A stretch of 47,961 bases of DNA, from assembly GCA_035456525.1 (NCBI GenBank), contig DATICZ010000026.1, positions 1 through 47,961 of the forward strand. The letters run 5' to 3'. Within the stretch, counting starts at the first letter, position 1, and the number at the start of each line of letters is the position of its first letter. The translations under genes were made by a program, and so were the position numbers. The notes beneath the pieces were generated by a model. That model searched no databases, was not told the DNA's origin, and was given only the letters and a program-made list of their open reading frames with translations. Below, one piece after another: positions 26,261 through 33,524 of this stretch. The stretch is from Gemmatimonadales bacterium. Lineage in GTDB: Bacteria > Gemmatimonadota > Gemmatimonadetes > Gemmatimonadales > GWC2-71-9.

Positions 26261-28006
26261 TCAACTTACCCTGAGCAGCGCCAGCATCTTCTTCAACACC
26301 CCCCCGGTGGCCAGATCCAATGCCTCCCGGAACGCCCCCGCGTTGGGGAACCGCTGCGCCGGATCGCTGCGCACCGCGCGCCGCAGTACCTCCTCGATCT
26401 CGCGCGACACATCCGGGCGTGCCTCTCGCAGCGCCGGCACGTTGTCCGTGGTCTGCATCGCCAGGATGGCCTCGGGTGTCGGTCCCTCGAACGGCGCTCG
26501 GCCCAGCAGGGCGAAATAGGCGACGGCCCCGAGGGAGTAGAGGTCGGTGCGCGGATCCACGCGCTCCCCCAGCAGCTGCTCTGGCGCGGCGAACTGCGGC
26601 GTGCCGCTGCGCGACGTCGCCCCGCCGAAGCGGTCGCCGCGCAACGCCAGCGCCAGCCCGAAATCGGTGATCCGCAACAGGCCGGTCGGCTCGAGCAGCA
26701 TGTTCTCGGGCTTGATGTCCCGGTGGACGAGGCCCAGGGCGTGCGCGTGCTCGAGCGCGCTCAACGCCTCGAACAGGACCCGGGTCGTCTTCTGGAGCGG
26801 GAACGGTCCATCCTTCTTCACGATCTGGGCGAGGTTCGCTCCCGGCACCAGCTCCATGACGTACCACTGCAGGCCGGCGCGACTCTGAATGTCGTAGATG
26901 CTCACGATGTTGGGATGGCGCAGCCGGGCGGCGAGCATGGCCTCGCGCCGGAACCGCTCCATCACGCCGGGATCGGCCGTCAGCTGGGGGTGCAACACCT
27001 TGATGGCCACTTCCCGCTCGAGCCCCAGGTCGCGCACCCGGTACACGCGGCCGAACCCGCCCGCGCCGATCTCCTCGAGCAGCTCGTAATCGTCGCCGAA
27101 CGCCCGGCGCAGGCGGCGCTCGAACCCCTTCTCGCTCGTGGCCGGGGCCGCCGCCGGCTCGTGGAAGACGCCGGCATCGGACACGAAGTCCTCGAGCATC
27201 TCCGTGGCCGTGAAGTAGCGCTCCCGCGGGGTGGGCCGCAGCGCTCGCAGTACCACGCGCTCCACGGCCGACGGCACCGCGGGACGCAAGGATCGCGGCG
27301 GCACCGGCGGCGTCTCCGGCTCCTTGCCCGTGAGGGCGTAGTACACGATCGCCGCGACGGCGTATACGTCGCTCGCCGGCTCGCCGGCCTCGCGCGCGCA
27401 CACCTCGGGCGCCGAGAACGGCGTCACATGGGCGGGATCGTCCGCGGGAACGTGCGAGAGGCACCAGTTCGAGTAGCGCAGGTCGGTGACGACTCCGCGC
27501 CCCGAGAGCTCGAGGATCAGGGTGGTCGGCACGATGCGGCGGATGATGATGCCGCGCGCGTGCGCGTGCTCGAGCGCGCCCAGCAGGTCGCGCACCAGCG
27601 ACATGACGCTCGGAATCGGCCTGGGGCCCCGCCGCATCGCCTCGGCGAGACTCTCGCCGTCGATCCAGTTGGTGGTGCGGTAGGCGAACGGTCCGACCTC
27701 GCCCGCGGCGTAGACGTGGCGCACCGCCGGGTGGTTGAGCGCCGCCAGGGTCTCGTTCTCGCGCAGGAACCAGGCGCGCCCGGGCGAGTCGGGGATGAGG
27801 TGGACGCGCAGCGCCACGCTGCGCTTCAGCCGGCGGTCCCACGCCCGGTACAACGCGCGCTCGCGCGACAGCTCGACCAGGTGGTCGAGCCGAAAATCGG
27901 GCTCGAGCGCCGGCGTGATGCCGCTGAGAAGATCGACCGGCGGAGTGTCGGAGGACGTCAACGGGATCCGCCCTCGATCGGTAGAGGGACCGTTACCACT
28001 CCCCAC
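26261..28006 (-). CDS. soluble tandem pseudokinase + Hanks-type Ser/Thr protein kinase
   Basis: 581 aa with no TM segment. The C-terminal half (about aa 307-563) is canonical: GAGGFGRVY, VAIK, HRDIKPEN, DFG, APE. The N-terminal half (about aa 38-274) has kinase-like spacing but degenerate motifs: no Gly loop, VALR for VAIK, IRRIVPTT for HRDxKPxN, DLR for DFG. SAPE and DVYAVA are retained. The alternative TTG start at 27961 overlaps the upstream stop (TTGA). Confidence 0.85.
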   Translation of the reverse strand: MGSGNGPSTDRGRIPLTSSDTPPVDLLSGITPALEPDFRLDHLVELSRERALYRAWDRRLKRSVALRVHLIPDSPGRAWFLRENETLAALNHPAVRHVYAAGEVGPFAYRTTNWIDGESLAEAMRRGPRPIPSVMSLVRDLLGALEHAHARGIIIRRIVPTTLILELSGRGVVTDLRYSNWCLSHVPADDPAHVTPFSAPEVCAREAGEPASDVYAVAAIVYYALTGKEPETPPVPPRSLRPAVPSAVERVVLRALRPTPRERYFTATEMLEDFVSDAGVFHEPAAAPATSEKGFERRLRRAFGDDYELLEEIGAGGFGRVYRVRDLGLEREVAIKVLHPQLTADPGVMERFRREAMLAARLRHPNIVSIYDIQSRAGLQWYVMELVPGANLAQIVKKDGPFPLQKTTRVLFEALSALEHAHALGLVHRDIKPENMLLEPTGLLRITDFGLALALRGDRFGGATSRSGTPQFAAPEQLLGERVDPRTDLYSLGAVAYFALLGRAPFEGPTPEAILAMQTTDNVPALREARPDVSREIEEVLRRAVRSDPAQRFPNAGAFREALDLATGGVLKKMLALLRVS

Positions 28007-29025
28007 CCGCTCATCGCGGTGCGGGCGTAGCGCACATCCCGCAACCGCACGACCGGGGAAGGGGTCGAGTCCACCTCACCTGCCAGGAACCGGGCGAAAC
28101 CTTCCATTGCCCGCCCCGCTGCGGTTTGTCGTAACGCCGCCTGCACGTGCACGTCGTCCAGGTGCCGGGGGACGGCCCAGCCGCGCCCGGCCACGCTGTC
28201 GCGAGAGGCGTAGACCGCCTCCCACCGAAACGGACTGCCGACGCTGGTCAGCGCGGCCCACGTCGCGCCCGGGCCAAATCGCGCGACCGCTTCGCGGTGC
28301 ACCCTGGCTTTCGCGGGTCCGCTGGCCACCGCCTGCATCGCCGCGTACCCGGCGAGCACGGCGAGCGACCACGCGGCGGCCGTCCGCCGTCCCGCCACGC
28401 CGAACCAGTGACGCACCCAGCCCACCACCCCGAGTGCGACGAGCGCGACGCTCACCGCGCGCAGCCACGGGGCCGGCACGTTCGGGCGCCAGATGAACTC
28501 CGCCCACAGCACGAAGCCCGCGGCGAGCAGCACCGGGGTGAGGGCCATCCAGTGGCGCGCGGCTCCCCAGGCAAGACCGACCAGTGGGAGGATCCAGAAC
28601 AGGGGATCCACGATCGCCACCCAGTCGGCGTAGTACCACCGGCCGCTCCATGGCAGCCAGGGGCGCAGTCCGTAGGACCCCTGCCAATCCATATAGACGT
28701 GACTCCAGACCGTCAGCGTGACCAGTGCGCCCAGCGTGAGGAGCGAGACCGCTCCGATGCGCCGCCGCAACAGGATGAAGAGTCCCCACAGCACACCGGT
28801 GATCGCCGCCGACTCGACGGCGGCTCCGATGAAGGAGTGGGTGATCCCGCGATGGAGCGTGTAGTACCCGAGCGATCCCCGAAAGGGGCGGAACCCGAGG
28901 AGCGGCTCGGTCCAGTCGGGCGCGTTGGCCGCGACGGCGCCGATCCAGCCGGCGGCCGGTACCTTGCGGCCCGCCACGGCGCGGCCCAGAGCGGCTCCCA
29001 CCACGGCATGGGCGAGGTTGTCCAC
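27958..29025 (-). CDS. membrane-bound metal-dependent hydrolase, DUF457/YdjM family, with C-terminal soluble extension
   Basis: Residue 287 (GTG) of ORF 27958..29883. NLAHAVVGAALG, HRGITHSF, several TM segments, then an approximately 150-aa C-terminal region. The upstream part of the ORF is Arg/Pro-rich shadow. Confidence 0.75.
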   Translation of the reverse strand: MDNLAHAVVGAALGRAVAGRKVPAAGWIGAVAANAPDWTEPLLGFRPFRGSLGYYTLHRGITHSFIGAAVESAAITGVLWGLFILLRRRIGAVSLLTLGALVTLTVWSHVYMDWQGSYGLRPWLPWSGRWYYADWVAIVDPLFWILPLVGLAWGAARHWMALTPVLLAAGFVLWAEFIWRPNVPAPWLRAVSVALVALGVVGWVRHWFGVAGRRTAAAWSLAVLAGYAAMQAVASGPAKARVHREAVARFGPGATWAALTSVGSPFRWEAVYASRDSVAGRGWAVPRHLDDVHVQAALRQTAAGRAMEGFARFLAGEVDSTPSPVVRLRDVRYARTAMSGWGVVTVPLPIEGGSR

Positions 29026-29057
29026 GGGCTGGGAAGATAGCCCCGTCCGCCCTAGCC

Positions 29058-29327
29058 GTGGCGGGGGAGGCGTGTAGGTTAGGCGGCGTGTCAACTTCGG
29101 TTCCCCATACCCGTCGCGAGCGGCGTCGCACACCAGAGCGCCGCGCCCTGATGGACCGGCGCTCCGGAGTTGATCGGCGCGGCCGCGCCGAGCGTCGCCA
29201 GGCGAATCTCGCGGTTGCCGAGGAGCGCCGCGGCGGTGTGGACCGCCGTTCGGGCGTGGATCGGCGCGATGCCGCTCGCCGAATTCCGGGGGAACGCCGG
29301 GAAGAGCCACCCGATCTGCCTTCCTGA
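29058..29327 (+). CDS. Arg-rich micro-protein with duplicated DRRSGVDRR motif (start codon uncertain: GTG 29058, GTG about 29088 or ATG 29151)
   Basis: 89-aa ORF in the divergent spacer. It stops 19 nt before the FHA-protease ATG. Two 30-nt copies sit 87 nt (29 codons) apart, and all five differences fall on the wobble phase (see finding). No clear SD. Confidence 0.4.
   Translation: MAGEACRLGGVSTSVPHTRRERRRTPERRALMDRRSGVDRRGRAERRQANLAVAEERRGGVDRRSGVDRRDAARRIPGERREEPPDLPS
29152..29268 (+). repeat. imperfect 30-nt direct repeat pair (29152-29181 and 29239-29268), 25/30 identical
   Basis: TGGACCGGCGCTCCGGAGTTGATCGGCGCG versus TGGACCGCCGTTCGGGCGTGGATCGGCGCG. The period is 87 nt. Confidence 0.8.
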
Positions 29328-29346
29328 GCGCTGCGCTGTAGACGCA

Positions 29347-31335
29347 ATGCCGTATCTCAAGCTCCAGCTGATGTCGACCGGCCGCATCCTCGAACTGCAC
29401 GACACCGTCGTGCGGCTGGGTCGCGATGCGGCCGCGACAATCCCCTTCATGGGAGACGATGCCCGAGTTGTCTCCACCCGGCACGCCGAGGTACGCCCGG
29501 CGGGGGAGGGGTGGCAGCTGGTGGACCTTGGGAGTCGCAACGGGACCTTCTTGAACGGCCGCCGCATCCAGGGTGAGGCCCCGCTCACCGCCGGAGACGA
29601 GGTGCGCCTGGGGGAAACGGGGCCGCGTGTCAGCGTGCTCGCCGTGAGTCAGGCGCCGCTTCCCGAAGGGACGCTTCCCGAGTTCCAGGCGCCCCAGGTC
29701 GCCCCGCCACCCGAACGGCGCGGGCCGCTGCCGCCGGAGGCCCGTCCCTACGGGGTGACCCTGATCGCGACCGCGACCGGAAAGCGCTTCGAGGCACACG
29801 GCACGCGCATCCGGATCGGCCGCGGCAAGGAGTGCGAGGTCCGCGCGGTCGAGGGCAGCGAGGGAATCGTCTCGCGGGTGCATGCCGAGCTGACCGTGGG
29901 CCCCGGCGGCGGCCTGTCACTGCGGGACGTCGGGAGCAAGAACGGGACGTACCTGAACGGCGACCGCATCGCCGATCCCATGCCGGTGCGGCTGGGCGAC
30001 CGCATTACGCTCGGACCCGGCGGACCCGTCCTGATCGTCGAAGGGATCGGCACCGGGCCCATGAAGGCGGCGGTGCGTCCCCCGGTGGTGCAGGGGATGG
30101 GCCACAACACGGTCATGGGGCTGATCAACAGCGCCCTGGCGCAGGCGCGTGAGGAAAAACGCCGCGGGGGCCGAGGCTCGACCGCCTTCTTCAAGGCGGT
30201 GGCCGAAGAGGTCGGCAAGGACTCCCGGCGCAAATTCCGCTGGCTGACCACGTTGGTCGCGGTGCTCGTGCTGCTGCTCGGCGGAGCCGTGTATGGCGTG
30301 TATTGGCTGCTGTCACAGCAGGTTGAGCAGACTGAGGTCGAACGGCGCAGCGCGGAGGACTCGGCGCGGGCGAGCGCCGAGCGCCTGCGCCACGAGCTGG
30401 AAGCCGCGCGGGCGGCGGCGGCGCCGGCGGCCACGGTGGACAGCCTGCGGGCCCAGCTCGAGTCGGCGCAGGTGCGGACGTCCGAGCTCCGCGCGGCGCT
30501 CGAGCGGGCGCAGGGTGCGCTGGGCCAGCAGTTGGCGCAGGGGGAATCCCAGCGCCTCGCGTCGCAACGCGAGCTCGAGCGTCTGCGCGACCAGCTGAAT
30601 CAGGCCCAACGGACTGCTCCCTCTTCGGGGACGATTGACAGCCTGCGCCGGCAGATGGCCGCGACCGAGGCGCAGGCCGCCAGTCTGGACGCCCGGATGC
30701 GGGCGATTCGTGGCACCGACTTCGCGGCAATCGCGCAGCAGAACCAGGCGGCGGTCGGGCTCATCACGACGCGGTTCGGCAAGAACATCTACAACGGGAC
30801 CGGGTTCGTCATCTCCCCTGATGGATACATGCTCACCAACTGGCACGTCGTAACCGACAGCGGCTACCCCCGGCCGGACACGATGTGGGTGACCATGGCA
30901 GACCAGTCGACCTCCCGCCTGGCCGACGTCATCGCCAGCTCCCAGGAGCGCGACATCGCCCTCATCAGAATGCGCGGCTACCAGGGGCAGTACCTGGCCA
31001 GCGTCGATTGGGGCGGCACCAAGTCGCGACAGGGCGAGCCGGCCGCCCTGATCGGGTATCCGGCCGGATCGGGCTTCGCCCACCTGCGTTCGGCAGTCGT
31101 TCGCACGTCCATGACGGCGGGGATCATCTCCCGCGTGACCGAGGACGTGATCCAGTTCGACGGCATGACGATTGGGGGGTCCTCGGGCAGCCCAGTCTTC
31201 AACGCCAACGGCGAGGTGATCTCGATTCACCGTGCGGGCCTACCCCAGGCGCCCGGGTTTGCGCTGTCGGTGCCGATGCACCATGCCGTCTCGCTCTTGC
31301 CGCCGGAGGTGAAGCAACGGCTCAGTATCCCTTAG
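29347..31335 (+). CDS. FHA-FHA-TM-coiled-coil-trypsin-like (S1) serine protease
   Basis: Met60 of ORF 29170..31335, 662 aa. FHA1 reads VVRLGRD...STRHAEV...LGSRNGTFLNG. FHA2 reads IRIGRGKECEV...VSRVHAEL...VGSKNGTYLNG. The TM helix is at about 299-322 (WLTTLVAVLVLLLGGAVYGVYWLL). An Ala/Gln/Arg-rich coiled coil spans about 325-455. The protease triad candidates are TNWHVV (H500), RDIALIR (D536) and GGSSGSPVF (S613). Confidence 0.85.
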   Translation: MPYLKLQLMSTGRILELHDTVVRLGRDAAATIPFMGDDARVVSTRHAEVRPAGEGWQLVDLGSRNGTFLNGRRIQGEAPLTAGDEVRLGETGPRVSVLAVSQAPLPEGTLPEFQAPQVAPPPERRGPLPPEARPYGVTLIATATGKRFEAHGTRIRIGRGKECEVRAVEGSEGIVSRVHAELTVGPGGGLSLRDVGSKNGTYLNGDRIADPMPVRLGDRITLGPGGPVLIVEGIGTGPMKAAVRPPVVQGMGHNTVMGLINSALAQAREEKRRGGRGSTAFFKAVAEEVGKDSRRKFRWLTTLVAVLVLLLGGAVYGVYWLLSQQVEQTEVERRSAEDSARASAERLRHELEAARAAAAPAATVDSLRAQLESAQVRTSELRAALERAQGALGQQLAQGESQRLASQRELERLRDQLNQAQRTAPSSGTIDSLRRQMAATEAQAASLDARMRAIRGTDFAAIAQQNQAAVGLITTRFGKNIYNGTGFVISPDGYMLTNWHVVTDSGYPRPDTMWVTMADQSTSRLADVIASSQERDIALIRMRGYQGQYLASVDWGGTKSRQGEPAALIGYPAGSGFAHLRSAVVRTSMTAGIISRVTEDVIQFDGMTIGGSSGSPVFNANGEVISIHRAGLPQAPGFALSVPMHHAVSLLPPEVKQRLSIP

Positions 31336-31560
31336 GGCTAGGTGTTGCAGAGTCGGCCAGTTACCTGCATTCCGCCATAATCGCTAAAATCAGCAATAGC
31401 ATCATACCCCGTCTCGTGTGAGGCTTGACCCGGCCCGCTGTGCAGTTCCCACCGCGGCATGCAAGTCATTTTGGTATTGTTGTTTAGGTCCAAGGCTTGT
31501 ATTATGGGCCGTCTGCAAGTGTCAAAAAATAAGACGGTTTGTGAGGAAACGCCTACAAGA

Positions 31561-31575
31561 GGCACGGCGCTTGCT
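31561..31575 (+). promoter_or_regulatory. sigma-54 (-24/-12) promoter candidate
   Basis: aGGCACGgcgcTTGCTt matches TGGCACG-N4-TTGCW at every conserved position except the first T, with GG-N10-GC spacing. It sits in an AT-rich 297-nt spacer, 58 nt upstream of the subunit ATG (31633). AAAGGGAGAG lies 8 nt before that ATG. Confidence 0.5.
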
Positions 31576-31632
31576 TCGGTCCAGCGTCGAAGTCCGGGAA
31601 GTCTCCGCACCCTCAAAGGGAGAGCACTCACG

Positions 31633-32133
31633 ATGAAGCACGGGCTGATGCAACCGTCCTTGGCCTTGGTGGCGCTGCTGGCTGGGTTGGCGCCGCCGGC
31701 CACGGCGCAGGCGAACTCAGGGAGCATCACGGCGACGGCCGTGGTGCTGCAACCGATCAGCGTGACCGGTGCGGTGAACCTGTCGTTCGGCAACGTGTTC
31801 CCGGGTGTCCCTGCGACCGTCGCGCTGGCCGACGCCGGCGCGGGCCGCTTCGATGTCGCCGGTCAGGCGAACGCGCCGGTGACGATGTCGTTCACCGCGC
31901 TGCCGGGGAACTTGACCTTCGGCGCCAACAACATGCCAGTGGTATTCACCGCTGGCTTCAACACGACAAACTCGGCCGCCGGGGCAACGCCGTTCACGCC
32001 GGCGAGCGGGGCGGCTACCAGCCTGTCGGGTACGGGCGCCCTGTTCGTCTTCATGGGCGGCACGGTGACGCCGGCGGTGAACCAGGCGGCGGGCACGTAC
32101 AACGGGACCGTCACCCTGCAGGTGACGTACTGA
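31633..32133 (+). CDS. secreted DUF4402-like (spore-coat-protein-U-like) fimbrial subunit candidate
   Basis: Met59 of ORF 31459..32133, 166 aa. Signal peptide MKHGLMQPSLALVALLAGLAPPATAQA. ITATAVVLQPISVTGAVNLSFGNVFPG and the C-terminal GTYNGTVTLQVTY match my memory of the DUF4402 pattern. Confidence 0.7.
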   Translation: MKHGLMQPSLALVALLAGLAPPATAQANSGSITATAVVLQPISVTGAVNLSFGNVFPGVPATVALADAGAGRFDVAGQANAPVTMSFTALPGNLTFGANNMPVVFTAGFNTTNSAAGATPFTPASGAATSLSGTGALFVFMGGTVTPAVNQAAGTYNGTVTLQVTY

Positions 32134-32154
32134 GCTAGCCGGATTCACGGCCGC

Positions 32155-32697
32155 ATGGTGAGCCGTATCGGCTCGGCGCTGGCAGGGGTCGTTTCGGGCC
32201 CCTGCCGGCGCGTGCGTTGGAGGGGCAGTGTGCCGGCTCTGCTCGCCGTGGCGGCTCTCCCTGCGCCGGCGGCCTCCGTACACGGTCAGGGGCAGCCGGT
32301 TCGGGTCAACGGCGTGCGGTCGGTGAGCTTCGGGACGGTGTTTCCGGGGATCCCCAAATCGGTGCCGCGGACGGATGCCCTGAACAGCGGGCGGTTTGAT
32401 ATCCGCGCCGCAGCCGGGTCTCAACTTCAGTTGAGTTTCGCGCTCCCCTCGGCGATGACCGGGCCAGGGGGAGCGACGATGCCGTTGAGCTTCGGCGGCG
32501 GCGACGCTGGTTACTCCGCAACGCAATCCGTGGCGAGCCAGGTCGGGTTCGATCCGCGCGTCCCCTTTCTGGCGACCATGGGTGGCCCCCCGGGCAGGGC
32601 GGCGGTGTTTCTTGGCGGCACTGTCACGCCACTCGCATCACAGCCCGCCGGGAGCTACACGGGGACGATCACCCTCACCGTCGTGTATTTCCCGTGA
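32155..32697 (+). CDS. second DUF4402-like secreted subunit (start uncertain: 32155, 32212 or 32230)
   Basis: VRSVSFGTVFPGIP...GRFDIRAAAGSQLQLSF...GSYTGTITLTVVYFP parallels the upstream paralog. Signal peptide VPALLAVAALPAPAASVHG. Confidence 0.65.
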   Translation: MVSRIGSALAGVVSGPCRRVRWRGSVPALLAVAALPAPAASVHGQGQPVRVNGVRSVSFGTVFPGIPKSVPRTDALNSGRFDIRAAAGSQLQLSFALPSAMTGPGGATMPLSFGGGDAGYSATQSVASQVGFDPRVPFLATMGGPPGRAAVFLGGTVTPLASQPAGSYTGTITLTVVYFP

Positions 32698-33524
32698 CTA
32701 AAGCCGCGTGGCTCGCCCTGGCGGCGCTGTGCACGACCTCCCGACTGCCGGCTCAGGGAGTCATGGTCGCCCCCAAGGCGGTGTTCATGTCGTCGGGCAG
32801 CGGCAGCGGATCGGTCACCCTGCTCAATCCCGGGACCGATCCGGTCGAAGTGGTGGTCTCCGTCTTCTACGGCTATACGGCAACCGATTCGGCCGGTCAG
32901 CTGAGGCTGATCACGATCGATCACCCCGATTCCACGCAACCTTCGGCGGCAGCCTGGCTCCAGGCATTCCCGCGCCGCCTGACACTGGGGCCGCGGGATC
33001 AACAGGTCGTGCGGTTGCTCGCCACACCGCCGGCGGGTCTTCCCGATGGTGAGTACTGGGCTCGGCTGGCCTTCACCGCCAAAGCGGGCGAGCTGCCGGT
33101 CGCGGGAGTGAGCGACAGCGCCACCATCAAGGTCGGCCTTACGCTGCAGATCCAGCAGGTGATCGGTCTCCACTACCGCAACGGGCAGGTGCGAACGGGG
33201 ATCGCGCTGTCCGGACTGGAGGCGGTGCGGCAGGGGGATTCGGTGATCGTGCACGCGCGCCTCGAGCGACAGGGGAACGCCGCCTATCTCGGCACCGTGC
33301 ACGCCGCCATCGTCGGCTCGAACGGGAAGCCTGCAGGCGAGCTCCGCGTCCCGATCACGGTGTTCTTCGCAAATCGACCCCGTTGGGCGGTGAGCATCGC
33401 CGGTGCACCTGCCGACCAGTATCGGCTGCGACTCGACATCACCCCCCAGCGGGACGACCTGGAGCGGCAGGTTCTGCTGCGGAGCCCGGCGGTGAGTGAT
33501 TCGGTGGCGGTGCAGAGCCCGTGA
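32694..33524 (+). CDS. PapD-like periplasmic fimbrial chaperone candidate
   Basis: Signal peptide MTKAAWLALAALCTTSRLPAQG. VMVAPKAVFMSSGSGSGSVTLLNPGTDPVEVVV and AFPRRLTLGPRDQQVVRL resemble PapD N-domain strands. It shares 4-nt overlaps with both neighbours. Confidence 0.55.
   Translation: MTKAAWLALAALCTTSRLPAQGVMVAPKAVFMSSGSGSGSVTLLNPGTDPVEVVVSVFYGYTATDSAGQLRLITIDHPDSTQPSAAAWLQAFPRRLTLGPRDQQVVRLLATPPAGLPDGEYWARLAFTAKAGELPVAGVSDSATIKVGLTLQIQQVIGLHYRNGQVRTGIALSGLEAVRQGDSVIVHARLERQGNAAYLGTVHAAIVGSNGKPAGELRVPITVFFANRPRWAVSIAGAPADQYRLRLDITPQRDDLERQVLLRSPAVSDSVAVQSP

Noticed and set aside
28076-29347. 423-aa minus-strand ORF covering the divergent spacer and the hydrolase gene in another frame (contains RRSTPERRS twice)
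   Set aside because: It would need to overlap almost the whole DUF457 gene out of frame. It shares the wobble phase of the plus-strand micro-ORF, so its repeat conservation is expected as a mirror effect. I keep it only as a caveat to the micro-ORF finding.
31338-31793. 151-aa minus-strand ORF and the 58-codon plus-strand extension in the AT-rich spacer as coding sequence
   Set aside because: Codon usage and G+C are unlike every confident gene here. The region contains the promoter-like and SD elements of the downstream subunit gene. The translations have no signal or motif.
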